DNA of 63,215 bases, filler included, from Perkinsus chesapeaki ATCC PRA-425 (Eukaryota > Protista > Perkinsozoa): NCBI GenBank assembly GCA_013115145.1. It is 6 parts of 6 records of this genome, joined end to end, with 100 filler letters (N's around TTAATTAATTAA, not from the genome) between each part and the next. Parts side by side here need not be neighbours in the genome. Positions count along the whole stretch, not along the records: positions 28,413 to 57,072 come from JAAPAO010000468.1; positions 57,173 to 58,189 come from JAAPAO010002278.1; positions 58,290 to 59,373 come from JAAPAO010002220.1; positions 59,474 to 61,762 come from JAAPAO010001635.1; 2 more parts are not named here. One strand, given 5' to 3'. This document shows positions 49,101 through 60,518 of the stretch, piece by piece. The position numbers and the translations under genes are program-made. The notes under the pieces were generated by a model. The model was not told the origin of the DNA. It made no database searches and saw only the letters and a list, made by a program, of their open reading frames with translations. The stretch's first letter is position 1. Each line of letters starts with the position of its first letter.

Positions 49101-50637
49101 ATTCCTCTAAACGTTCAGTTAAGGAGTCAACCTTTGATACACAATCCATTTGATTCTTCTCAGCTGCATCAACTTTAGCATCAATCTAATAATAAATCTA
49201 TAATATTCTCCTTATAATATTATTACACTTTTTAATATCCCTTTAAGACTTTTCTCCATAGCCTCACCAACATTACCTGTACCTTCTCGTGTTACAGCAT
49301 ACCTTATATAATTACCATTCCCCCCTCTTACTCCGCCCCCAAGCCCCTTTATTATTACTACCTTCGTTTGGTTTCCGCTCTCACACTGAGTGCACTAGCT
49401 AGATTCTGGTCAGCTACTATCTTAGCAGATTTAGCAGCATCAAGCTCTTCTTGTAATACTTTAATACGACGATTAAGCTCTATTATTTCAGCTAATGCCC
49501 TATTGATTATTATTATAATATTATCCCTGGTATATTCCTTTTACTACCTTTCTGTTGCTCTAGTATGCACTTTAATAGCAACCTTTAGATTATCATCTAA
49601 ATGCCTTCGTTCAATATCATCTACAACAGTCTCAAAGTGCCGTGCTATTGATTGGCCAAGTCCAGTTAATGAGCTAATAACACTAGTATAGAATGTATAA
49701 TGATAAAGCATCATTACTGAGCTGCCAGAGTATATCGTTCTGGTTGCTGCTGGAATTTCATTGGTTCCTGTTTTGCAGGGTCTCTTAGTTCACCTCTAAT
49801 AGTTTGCTAAACACATCATGATGATAATGGTAATGTGATAATAATAATGTATAGTACAGAGAATGCCTTTGAGCTATCCTCTAAAGCTTCTGTTAAGTTC
49901 TGTAAGGTACTTAATGATTGATATGTCTCTCTAGTCTTCTCTGCTAGGAAATCCATATCAAGGGACTATAAAGCATAAGTTAACAATAAACAATAACAAC
50001 AACACTTTAACCTTACCCCTTCATTAATAGTTTGTAGCCTTGGTTCATAACCTTTAGCAATATTTGGTATGATACCCTTATCAATAAGCTCATCATCAGC
50101 CGATACACCACTATGTGGTGGTGTTGATGATGGTGATGAGTTAACAGTGTGAACAGGCCTTCCACCATCTAATAAATATAACAACTATATAACTATCCTT
50201 TAATATAACAACTATATAACTATCATTTAATATAACAACTATATAACTCTCTTTTAATATAACAACTATATAACTATCTTTTAATATAACAACTATATAA
50301 CTCTCCTTTAACATAACAACTATATAACTATCCTTTAATATAACAACTATATAACTATCCTTTAATATAACAACTATATAACTCTCCTTTAATATAAAAA
50401 CTATATAACTCTCCTTCAATATAACAACTATATAACTATCCATTAATATAACAACTATATAACTATCCTTTAATATAACAACTATATAACTATCCTTTAA
50501 TATAACAACTTTATAACTATCCTTCAATATAACAACTTTATAACTATAATTTAATCTCCTCTCTTTTTGCCCTTATTATTACTAGTTGTTGTTGTAGCAG
50601 GAGGAGCAGTGGTACTTGGTGGAGGGGATCTATTCAT
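43143..50637 (-). CDS. Large Munc13-like (MUN / PATROL1-DUF810-type) protein with N-terminal coiled coil
   Basis: About 35 short exons that join in frame where checked. Motifs VDLWSFMNESL, VRLQDI, AARMVYVDLNEDIFRRLY and YTVLDLAKRGRKFDSQ...NDADTL line up with MHD1/MHD2 motifs of plant PATROL1 (SAVDLF, CVRLNTL, TKIIFYDLREPFIENLY, VLLDGG.SRVF). The family call is from memory. Confidence 0.6.
50175..50547. repeat. 27-bp minisatellite (~14 units) in the first intron of the Munc13-like gene
   Basis: Unit AATATAACAACTATATAACT(A/C)TC(C)TTT, lying between donor GTAATAATAAG and acceptor TTATTAG on the minus strand. Confidence 0.93.
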
Positions 50638-51275
50638 AATCCAAACACCGCTACCAATAAAACAAAAACTAACAATATAATCAACAGTAGGCAAGATCGT
50701 AACTGATATTATATCACATCGTTTACACTCCAATTGATGTGTACTGTATAACTCAATATTAATAATTAGAAACGCTTTTATTAGTATACATTGCCAATGG
50801 CAATTTGCCATACTTATCCCTCCTCATACCGTCTTATCAACTCTATTACAGTCCTTATTAAGTTATGATTATAATGCCCCTTTCCTCCATTCCTTTAAAC
50901 CTTCCTATTCTCCCTCCCATTACTAGCAAACCCAACGGTACCTTCATACGATGGCGAAGAAAGTTGCCTCAGAGGAAAAATACTTCGATCAAATTTCGAA
51001 AAAATTAACTGATTAGTCTACTCTGACCGTTGAAAAGCATACCTATAGAGGTGTTATAGTGAGTGACTCTAATAAATCGATATCCTAGCCTAGGATGCTT
51101 ATCCTAAATCGACGATGCGCGATAAGGAGGACATGCTTGTCTTGAACACTTACAGTTCCCTAACGATTAGAGACGGCACAATTAGAAATAACAAACCCCG
51201 TTACTGTTCCATTTTTAAAGTCGACTCATAAATGGTTGTACACTACTGTCCTAATACCCAAGGAACTTGTATTAG

Positions 51276-52121
51276 TTGTATATGAATATGAACCGTCAAA
51301 TTTTAACTAAGGCAGCAGCTTCTACAGGTCTCCTCGCTCGTAGTGGAGCATTCCTGAGCAATTCACCAGCAATATTATCAACAACTCTGTCTAGGAGATC
51401 TATGTATAGTACTAGCCGTCCCTTATGGACTGATGTAGATCCTATTAAAGGAGCAGCTAATAAGGAAACTAATAAGTTTGAAGCTGCTAAGAAGTTATCT
51501 GACGAGATGGATAGATCTGCGGCAAAGTTAAAGGATACATTAGATGAAGCTACTCGAGCTACCAATGAGCCTATTGAAGAGGTGGCAAAGGATACTGAGA
51601 AGGAGCTTACTGAAGAAGAGAAGAAGGCTAGAAGGGAACAGGCTGAGAAGCTCGCTGAACAGGCTGCTGCTAGTGAAAAGTTATGGAATATACTGGTAGT
51701 AGGGTGTGATAAGGAATTAGACATGGACAAGGAGGATACTAGGATTGTTATTGCAGGTTCCTGAGAGAAATATGGGTATTACATCACCAGCTTTCCTTAT
51801 ATTGTTAGTGTTTACTATTCTACTTCATATGTAATGATAGTGTTGATAGTAATAGTGATAGGTTAAGATATAATTAGGTATAATAATCATATTGATGGTG
51901 AGATTGATGAAATGATGAAGAAACAGCGTATTCTACGTATTAAGAGAGAAAAGCTTGAACGTGAGGGTAAAGTAGATATGTCATACTTTCAACCAGCAAC
52001 AACAGAAGAGGAAGATACTATTGAGGATACTAATGATAATGATGATGATCAACATCATCATCATGAGTTATCCAATACCACTCAGGCTACTCTGCCTACT
52101 ACTGATACCACCCAAAGTTGA
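51276..52121 (+). CDS. Mitochondrion-targeted single-pass membrane protein (hypothetical)
   Basis: Arg/Ser/Leu-rich acid-free presequence (RQILTKAAASTGLLARSG..LSRRSMYS), coiled region, then after splicing LWNIL|VPERNMGITSPAFLILLVFTILLHM|YNN. Three exons. Confidence 0.7.
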
Positions 52122-52240
52122 TGTATTCATTTATTGTGTTTCTATTTATGTTATAATATCAATGTCTATTGTGTTCAAGTACCTTGATCAACCAACTATG
52201 TAGTTTTCCCATTTTCCCGGATAATCCACCATCCACCCAT

Positions 52241-55048
52241 ATGGTGCGTACGGCGGCGGACGGTGATGGTACTTCATCAGTATCTAGCTCGGAGCCAAGG
52301 GACAGTGTTGCTAGTAATCGATTTACTAGGTAATTATATCTTTAAGCCTTGTCTTATAGAAATACATACAGGTCTACATTATCCCGTTTGGAGAAGGAAC
52401 GTTCTCGTTTAATATTGGAATTAGATGAGTATAGAGAATCTAATGTGGCACTGCGATCTGATCTCGAGCAATGTGTTGATCGGTATGACTGCTGACTGCT
52501 GTTATTAGTAGGATGTTGATAATCGATAGGTTAAATGCTTGTGAGGATGAATTAGTCTTCCAGCATAATGAACTTGAACGATCTACTAAAGAGGGATTCC
52601 ATTTAAAGAAGAAAGTAGAAAAGATGGAAGGGTAGGTTATAATGGTAGTAGTAGGGATGGATATGATGATGATGGTCTATAGGCTATTAAAGAGAGAGTT
52701 TGGTGATGATGCTGCAACACAGTATAGTGCATTATTAGATGAGAATGAGAGATTACAAGATGAATTAGATGATATGGCAGAGGAAAGGGAACAATTAGAA
52801 GCAGAAGTAATAAATAGCAGTCATCACCTACTACCTTTATATTGAATAATAATATTAAACTAGTTACAGCATCATCAGAATACAGGAGGAGATATAGATG
52901 ATATGACAAAGCAGTTGGAACAACTAACGGAAGAGAATAAGGATCTAACTAGTGAAGTAGATGATCTGAAGGAAGGTATTATAGGAAGGGTACAACACTG
53001 AAGGGGGGTTCTCTAAGGATGCTGTATGCTGTTTATTATATGCATGCTCCAACGCCGCCACACTCATCTCTTTAGAGTCGGATCGGCTGCGGCGTAAATT
53101 AGCAGTGCTTCGTACAGAGCATGAGGTTGCTGTTGCCAAGCTCTCTGTAATAGAAGATGAATGATATAGAAGGATGATATGTATGTTATAGGCTATTGAT
53201 CAAGCTACTCAACCAGTGGTACAGGAAGGTGTACAGACTGATGAGACATGGTTACCTACTATTAAAGAGGAAGGGCAGGAAGATACGAATACTGAGGGCT
53301 CTACTACAACACCACCTGAAGCTGCCGATAATTCATCTACAAGAGGAAGTGATATTATGTATGTATAGAAGGTTATATTAATATGTTTAATTAGGGAGTT
53401 TAAGCCAAGATACACAACTTAATACCCTTCGAATGGCTTATGATTTATTACAGGAAGAGAATGAGGAGACTAAACATCAACTTGTACTAGTATATAGTGG
53501 ATAATATATAGAATAGGGGATATTTATTAGGCGATACTTACTGATGCATCTGAAGATAGTGGTGGTGCTGCAGCTAAGCTTGTAGACCTTCAAAAGCAGT
53601 TTGATGAATATCGGAAGGAGCATCCAGATGTAGGTTATATTAATAGCTTCTTATAGCTCTTTGATACTGTCACTCTAGACGCCTTCTACCAATGCCACTT
53701 GTAGTGGAGAGGCAACACCAGAGAAGGAACAATCAAGAAGTAACTCGTCCTCTACTGCTAACTCAGCTATTGGTAATATGGATAGGGAGGTATTATGGCG
53801 GTATTATTATGTCAGTACCACCACCTCTGGTAAGGGAAGATTCAAATGATGTGGATCCGTTAGAGAAGAATGTAGATGATCTGGAGGGAGCCTTGCGAGA
53901 GAAGGATGGCAAAATTGCTGAACTGCAAGAGTATCATCAACCTTACTAGTATTATTAGAAATAAACTACTCGGATAGGTATATTGCTGATCTAGAGAGGA
54001 TGCAAAAAGAAGGCGTTATATTAGATTGTAAAGGTAATGAAGTTATTCCTACCACAACACCAGAAGGGGATAAGGGTGATAAGATTGATAGTATTAAATA
54101 TAATACAAATTAATAATATTGTTAGATGACGATGATATTACGAAGAGGGCAGCTAGGTTAGCTGCGGAGATTGAAAGCTATCAAGAACAGTTACGTGCCA
54201 AAGATGAGCAAATAAATGAACTTAAAAAGTAATATAATGTGGGTTGGGTGTAAGGAAATGTTGGTACATTAACCTTATAGAATATATAGTTATATTAGAA
54301 GGTACAAAGAAGATAACTCCACCCAACAACAGGTCACTTCTTTTAATGAATCCTCCGCTGAAACAAAATCATCTGATGAGTATAAACGGGGGTTAGCCAT
54401 GTTGTTTGATACGGGGGGCGGGACGTTGAATATTAGGTCATTCATACTTTGTGGTTTAGGCTGGCTGAGCCGGTTATAACTAAGAGAAGATCATCAGCGA
54501 GGAGTGATGGCTCCAAAAGTCAAGGATCTAGAAGTAGAGGCCCGTCTGGCGGAAGTAATGATGCTACTACCGCGTATGACTTGGTGAGTGCCCACATAGT
54601 GGTTCAGTAAAGTCGATCGCTTGTCAATATCGCAGGATGGTAATGATGTTGATTCATTAAAGAGCCGTTGCAAGAAGCTTGAAGAAGAAAAGAAGTTATC
54701 GGATTCCCAATTAGAGTATGTACAATCAGAGGTGATATGGTGGGTAATTAGAGATACAGTATGTTTAATGGTTTAAGTGTTTTAGTATGAGAAGCTTCGT
54801 AAGGAGAAAGAGAAGCAGGTTATGGAATTAGAGCATACCATTGTTGATACCAAACTTAAACTAGCTCAGGTAGTAGTAGTAGTAGTACTGGTGGTGGTAT
54901 TATACTTTTGTATACTTACATATAGGTGCATTCACAGGCAGATGGTAATGAATACGATAATTATCGATCACTTCGAAAAATGGAAAGTCAATACGGTCGT
55001 GATTCACCTAGAAAACACGACAGCAGCAGTCATCGTAGGGCATTTTAA
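52241..55048 (+). CDS. Long coiled-coil protein (hypothetical, multi-exon)
   Basis: MVRTAADGDG..., STLSRLEKERSRLILELDEYRE, LLDENERLQDELDDM, MELEHTIVDTKLKLAQ|ADGNEY...RRAF*. Confidence 0.75.
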
Positions 55049-55578
55049 CAACAACAGGCAATAGTTGATAATGTATCTTAATAGATTCTGGAGGTTCATC
55101 CATCCGATCACGAAGTAAAGGTATCGCTAAATCAGTTGGAAAGGCTCTTGGGAGGAAATCGTCCTCGGCTAATATAACCAAACCTGATAATCATTGATCC
55201 ACTTAATCTAACTGTGTAAACTCCTTTGTGTAATAACAGCTTCACAGTCTTCATATCTTAGTTTTCCAGCTGTATCATTTTAAATCGCAAGGGTGGCGGT
55301 TGTTGTTAGGATACTTACAATATACTTATCGAGTCAAATAACTTGACAGGTTCCTTTTTCTGATAATTTAAATGTTGATTTTGCAAGTTTGACAGTTTGC
55401 TATAGCTCCATGTTAGTTGTACACTCGCCGCCGCCGCCGCGCCCGCCGTTGTTCCTTTTCTTGTTTCTTCTACTACCTTCTCTCCCTCCAAGTCTTCCAA
55501 CAAGGATAACAATCATCATCGTTATAATACCAACTGTATAAGAACACCCAGCAGTAGCAGTAATAATAAACAATAATA

Positions 55579-56563
55579 ATGCGGATCAACGAGCATACCC
55601 GATTGGAAGGGAAGGCCTGCATACTCATGCCTTATACAAAGGATATGGTAAAAACAGCAGCACCATCATCCAACGGTTGTGTAAGGCTAATAGCATGCTG
55701 CTCACTTATCTAGGTTGATACCTATAATTCATGGATGGCTAACTCCGAGGAATTGCGTACCGAAACTGAGAGTGAGCTCCTTACCTTGAAAGAAGAGTAA
55801 GTCCGTGCTGCCTCCACATTTATTGTTATTTCTTCGAAAGTGAACCATTGTGATTAAGGTATGAAATGCAGGCATCCTGGAGAGAAGATCCAGATAAGCT
55901 CACTTTTATAGTTCTCGACAGGGAGGTTGAACCAGATCCCAATCTGGGGCATATTGCTGATGGTAAGTACGATGAGTCTGATAATAAGCAGATCGAACTG
56001 ATACCGCAATTTGGCAGGCAAAATACAATTTTGGAAATATCGGTCTTTGGCTTTCGGTGAAATGCAACTACTTCATCTGTTCACTTTTAGGAGGTGGTAT
56101 GTGCGGAGATGTGAACTGTTTTGTATCGGAAATAACAGATGATGATGCTTACCCTGACCGAACCATTAAAGGTAAGTTCCAAAGACCAATCATGTCTGGC
56201 GATGGTTTCTCAGAGGGCGAGATCTCGGTTATGACAGCAGTGCCTTCTAGTAGACATAAAGGTATCGCACGTGAAGCAGTAACAATGATGGAGACGTATT
56301 GCCGTGATAAGCTGCATATAGATAGGTAAGATAACTAGCTAGCCTAGCCAATAACCTAAGTATAGTTTTACCGCTCATTACTGCTTGAAGCTTACTCACA
56401 TACTCCTTGAAATAGTAGAACACAGATTGTTGTTATCAGGTTCATAGCTAAAATACGGATTACTAACCATGCATCGAGAGAGCTTTTCCGTTCCTTGGGT
56501 TACAAAGAGGTTAAGATTGTTAAGTGTTTCAATGAAGTTCACTGCGTCAAGAGTTTCATATAG
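55579..56563 (+). CDS. NAT9: GNAT N-acetyltransferase 9-like
   Basis: Six exons give MRINEHTRLEG..LMPY..YNSWM..LTLKEEYEMQASWREDPDKLTFIVLD..MCGDVNCF..GEISVM..RHKGIAREAV..FIAKI..NHASRELFRSLGY. Confidence 0.9.
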
Positions 56564-56969
56564 ATAAAGTACTCTCATGTTTTGTATTATTATGTTAATT
56601 ATTGTTGATGGACATTGTTACTCATTCGACACTTATCAACACCATGTGTATTCCCCGAGGATACTAGAGGAATCCCAGCTGTATCTAGAAGCTGCAAGAA
56701 GCTATATGCACAGAAACACATCTGGATACGTACCAGGCTGAAATTCGGCTGCACCAGAGGCAACTGCAGGAAACAAGTTTTGAACAGCTGTTTCTAGTAC
56801 CTGAGCGTTTTCAACTCACATATCGAGTGAATCGACTCGAGTGTAGTTAGTCGCGCGCTGCAGTTATACACTTTGGATGTGTGCTTGTGGGCAGTTTGGC
56901 AACCAAACATCGGCAGATGCATCAGCTTCGCTCTTCGACATCTGGACTGCCTCTGAATAAGCTTCAAAC

Positions 56970-57072
56970 TAGAGATGGGCAAACCGTAATGATTAGTTAC
57001 GGTACGGTACGGAATACGGGATGGTAAGAAACCGTAAAGCACGGTACGGTACGGCATTACGGACCAGTCTTA
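56970..57072 (+). mobile_element. Possible hAT-like transposon left end truncated by a gap
   Basis: TAGAGATGGGCAAAC followed by clustered TACGG/CCGTA repeats, running into the N gap. Confidence 0.4.
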
Positions 57073-57172
57073 NNNNNNNNNNNNNNNNNNNNNNNNNNNN
57101 NNNNNNNNNNNNNNNNTTAATTAATTAANNNNNNNNNNNNNNNNNNNNNNNNNNNNNNNNNNNNNNNNNNNN
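57073..57172. other. Assembly gap with linker
   Basis: N-run with TTAATTAATTAA. Confidence 0.98.
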
Positions 57173-58119
57173 GGGCCTCCATACCAGCACGGATAGCAGT
57201 CGGTGGCGTCACTCTTGTCGTTGCCAGCTGCAGAGACGAGTATGATATTTTGCTCTTGAGCCTTCCGCAAAACGGTCTCTAGTAAAGACCTCTCGCCCGA
57301 TGAATAGCCGTTGATAAAATATCTCAGAGACATAGAAATCACGTCAACTCCAAGGTCCATCGCCAAGTCAATAGCTTCCACGAGATGAACGATAGGACAG
57401 TCGCCTCCACGGCATGCTTGAAGAGGTACCAGGCGAACATGGTCTGCGGCGACACCAACCATGCCGTAGGAATCATTGCCTCGAGCCGCAAGTACGCGAC
57501 TGACGTACTGCCCATGGCCAGATTCCACGGTAGGGAGTGCACAGTCATCCACGAAGTTCCACCCTCCTTTGATGGTTCTACCATCACTAGTATTGAGTGA
57601 GCACATCAAAGGTTTCATGTCGGGATCAACGAAGTCGACTCCCTGATCAATGACAGCAACTGTTATATTGGTGCGGGCATACTTTTGGAGGGTCTCCCAA
57701 ACCTCCGCCATCCTCATACGGACGAGTTGGGCCTCCATCCTTGCAGCGGGGTCATTAACGTACAGTTCATCATCAAGTTGTGTGAGCTTGCCATTGATAT
57801 TCTTACCGCAAGTGGTGACAAGGCCCGGCAGGTGCCGCTTGGCTTCATGTATGTAGTCACAAAGGTCAACATTGCTCACTGAATCCATCGACGTTACCGC
57901 AATCTGACACTCGGCATATCTTAGAGTCTTGATATGGGTATTGTTGAAGAAGGAGGTAATCCTATCATCTCTTTCAACACCGGCATGTGCAAGAAGGTCT
58001 GGGAGGGTGCGAACATCAATCATAGAGCCTTCATAAAAAACCGAAAGGACAGTCCGGTTATCGTAGACATCTTGCGAAGCTGCGTACCAAGTGAGTAGCA
58101 GAGCAGGAATCGAGCGCAT
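57173..58119 (-). CDS. Subtilisin-like (S8) serine protease, 3' end lost in the gap
   Basis: Signal MRSIPALLLTWYAA, prodomain, VAVIDQGVD (Asp), SGHGQYVSRVLAA (His), VISMS, VSAAGND (oxyanion Asn). The catalytic Ser is not visible. Intronless in the visible part. Confidence 0.85.
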
Positions 58120-58189
58120 GAAAGTAGACGGAAATAAGCCTAACACTAAGCGTTGGTCAATCGAAGCTCCAAAGGGCACCACCACGATT

Positions 58190-58289
58190 NNNNNNNNNNN
58201 NNNNNNNNNNNNNNNNNNNNNNNNNNNNNNNNNTTAATTAATTAANNNNNNNNNNNNNNNNNNNNNNNNNNNNNNNNNNNNNNNNNNNN
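58190..58289. other. Assembly gap with linker
   Basis: N-run with TTAATTAATTAA. Confidence 0.98.
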
Positions 58290-58291
58290 TT

Positions 58292-59167
58292 GCCATTCTT
58301 TGTTTAACGAGCACGGTTGCCATGATCCAGAATCGTCCCAGTCAAAGCCCCTCGTTCAAGTTCGATGATGATACATTGTCTGATCTAATCGAAACCCTGA
58401 AGCAGGCCGAGGCTGAAAACAAGGAAATGAATGAGAAACTAGTTGCTTCTTTCCCCAAAGGTGTTCAGCAAGCTTCGGTGTCATCCAACGGCACTTTCTC
58501 TTACCCGGGTAATTGTACCACACCCAACCGAAATCTAAGTGAGCGTTATTGCTTCCACGGCTCAGTTCAAGAACAAAACAAATCAGCAGACGACACTACT
58601 AAAAAAACTCAAGTCCACGCTGGTGTGGACTTCTTTGACATGTTCAAACCGTACGAGAGTACAGCTATTGGCCTGAAAGCTTTCTATGAAGATGAGGAGG
58701 CGCAGAAGCTTAACGTTGAAGCTGACGGTGTTGCTGAACTGCTATCCTATGGCAATAAAAGCAATGTTGCTGTATCAATCTTCCTTGCCAACCATGTCGA
58801 AGAGCTTCATAACCCTGGTCAGCTAGGAGTCATGCGCAACTCATTCGTTTCTATAGTCCATTTCAAGTTGTATATCTGGGATATGCTGATTATGGACATG
58901 GAAAGTATTCCGGTTCAGTCAAGCGAGGTTTTCGCCGGTAAATCGTTCAATCTCGGCTTTAATATGTCGGCTACTTATGAAAAGGCTATTCCGGGTATTC
59001 CGTTCACAGCAAGTGGCGGTGCATCAATTGAGTTAAGCCTTCGCACTGCGAAGAATGACCTTCACAAATGGACTCTAGTTGGAAAGGCGGATGCTTTCAT
59101 TAAGTTTCCAATAACCACTTCTCATTTCACTCACGAATACATTCCAGAGATTTCTATATCCGTATAA
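58292..59167 (+). CDS. Intronless hypothetical, probably secreted protein; start lies in the gap
   Basis: The frame of ORF 58322-59167 stays open back to the gap, reading AILCLTSTVA (signal-like) before MIQ. Beta-rich body with GNCT...RYCF. Confidence 0.65.
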   Translation, partial: AILCLTSTVAMIQNRPSQSPSFKFDDDTLSDLIETLKQAEAENKEMNEKLVASFPKGVQQASVSSNGTFSYPGNCTTPNRNLSERYCFHGSVQEQNKSADDTTKKTQVHAGVDFFDMFKPYESTAIGLKAFYEDEEAQKLNVEADGVAELLSYGNKSNVAVSIFLANHVEELHNPGQLGVMRNSFVSIVHFKLYIWDMLIMDMESIPVQSSEVFAGKSFNLGFNMSATYEKAIPGIPFTASGGASIELSLRTAKNDLHKWTLVGKADAFIKFPITTSHFTHEYIPEISISV

Positions 59168-59373
59168 TCATGTAAGTTGTATCAGTACATTTCTAACTTT
59201 TGCTTTTGCCAACCAGCCACCAGGCCATTTACTTTTTTTGTGTTATTGTCCTATGCTATCTTTATATTATTATGTTTATTGCTATAATCCTATGATTATA
59301 GTAACTACAAAGATAAGCCGGTGCATTACTCTTGAGTATATTGAAATATGTTCCATCTACTAGGATTTCTAGG

Positions 59374-59473
59374 NNNNNNNNNNNNNNNNNNNNNNNNNNN
59401 NNNNNNNNNNNNNNNNNTTAATTAATTAANNNNNNNNNNNNNNNNNNNNNNNNNNNNNNNNNNNNNNNNNNNN
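59374..59473. other. Assembly gap with linker
   Basis: N-run with TTAATTAATTAA. Confidence 0.98.
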
Positions 59474-60153
59474 CCCTTAGGCATTCAGGCCCCCTCGAGC
59501 TGAGGGAGCGCCACTGCCGTTTCACCGTCGGACTCACGGTCCTGCTCATCGGCGTGAGTTGCGCAGTCTGAGCGCATAAAACTGATACTCTTGACTCAAA
59601 TAAACAGGTTCCGACCACTAGATGCATGTTATTCACAAGGTCTATCCGAGGTCTATGCGGCCTCTCATTGGAAGCGTTATCAATAATGAATGCATCAATC
59701 AACTGCCTCAATTGAACTAAGCCAATATTAGCCTATCGTGACTACTAGTCACTGACTAGCTGCTGGTCAAACGCCAGTTCGCACCAGTTTGATCCTGAGG
59801 ATCAAAGCTGGAGGCTCTAGCTTCCAGATTCTCGAAGCTTATTGTTAATAAGTCATTTAGAAGACAATAGCAAAGTCTTCGAATAGCGTTAGGTTAGTCG
59901 CTACTGCAACAGTAGCATGCAGTATCTTCTATTCAACTCTCAGCAGGGTGTTTCAGCATAGAGGAAGTACCGCAGTGCAAATCCACGCACGTGATGGGCG
60001 CTGGTTAAGATTATCATTACTCAGGTTAGACCGTCACGGCCATCCTGCTATACTAGCATTACTACAACTTTTTTTAAATGCCCATCTCAAACAGGGCGAG
60101 ACGATCTCTTGGCGGCTAGATAATGTTTGTATGAATGGTGGGGAACCCGTGAG

Positions 60154-60518
60154 TCAGATATCAGCACTCTCTTTTGTTCGAGAGTTTAATCTTTCAATCA
60201 CTATGGTGATTGTACGACGCAATCTGCGTCTAGTGGCAGTCTTCGCCACATCCTGTACGATTATTTAGGGTGTGCGTGCGGTACTCCCTTAATCTCTGGA
60301 GATTTCACAGCCGCTACATTCGCAAACTCAATCCGCTTATCAGAAAAACAAATCTCCATATGAACTGCAAAATATGATGCATTGTAACTGCTCGCATCTA
60401 GATAACGAAAACGGACTGCGGCCGGTCGACCGAGGCCGACACAATGGGCCTCCAACTCAGAGGCTAGGGACGCCTTAAGGCGCTCATAAGAGTCTAAATG
60501 AGCGTAAGTGGGGACCAC
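60154..60518 (-). CDS. Possible hypothetical gene fragment
   Basis: Protein-like ...SYERLKASLASELEAHC..VRFRYLD.. can splice (GTACC..GTACAG) in frame to DVAKTATRRRLRR. Not recognised. Confidence 0.25.

Noticed and set aside
50141-50527. ORF of (KDSYIVVIL)n
   Set aside because: Translation of an intronic minisatellite with no supporting exon structure.
3672-50547. CRISPR-like arrays (24-bp and 27-bp repeats)
   Set aside because: Head-to-tail tandem repeats without unique spacers, no cas genes, and a eukaryotic context.
50551-50570. Apparent non-canonical GA donor after …KKRG
   Set aside because: A canonical phase-1 GTAATA donor just upstream (ACT A|GT) gives the same in-frame join.
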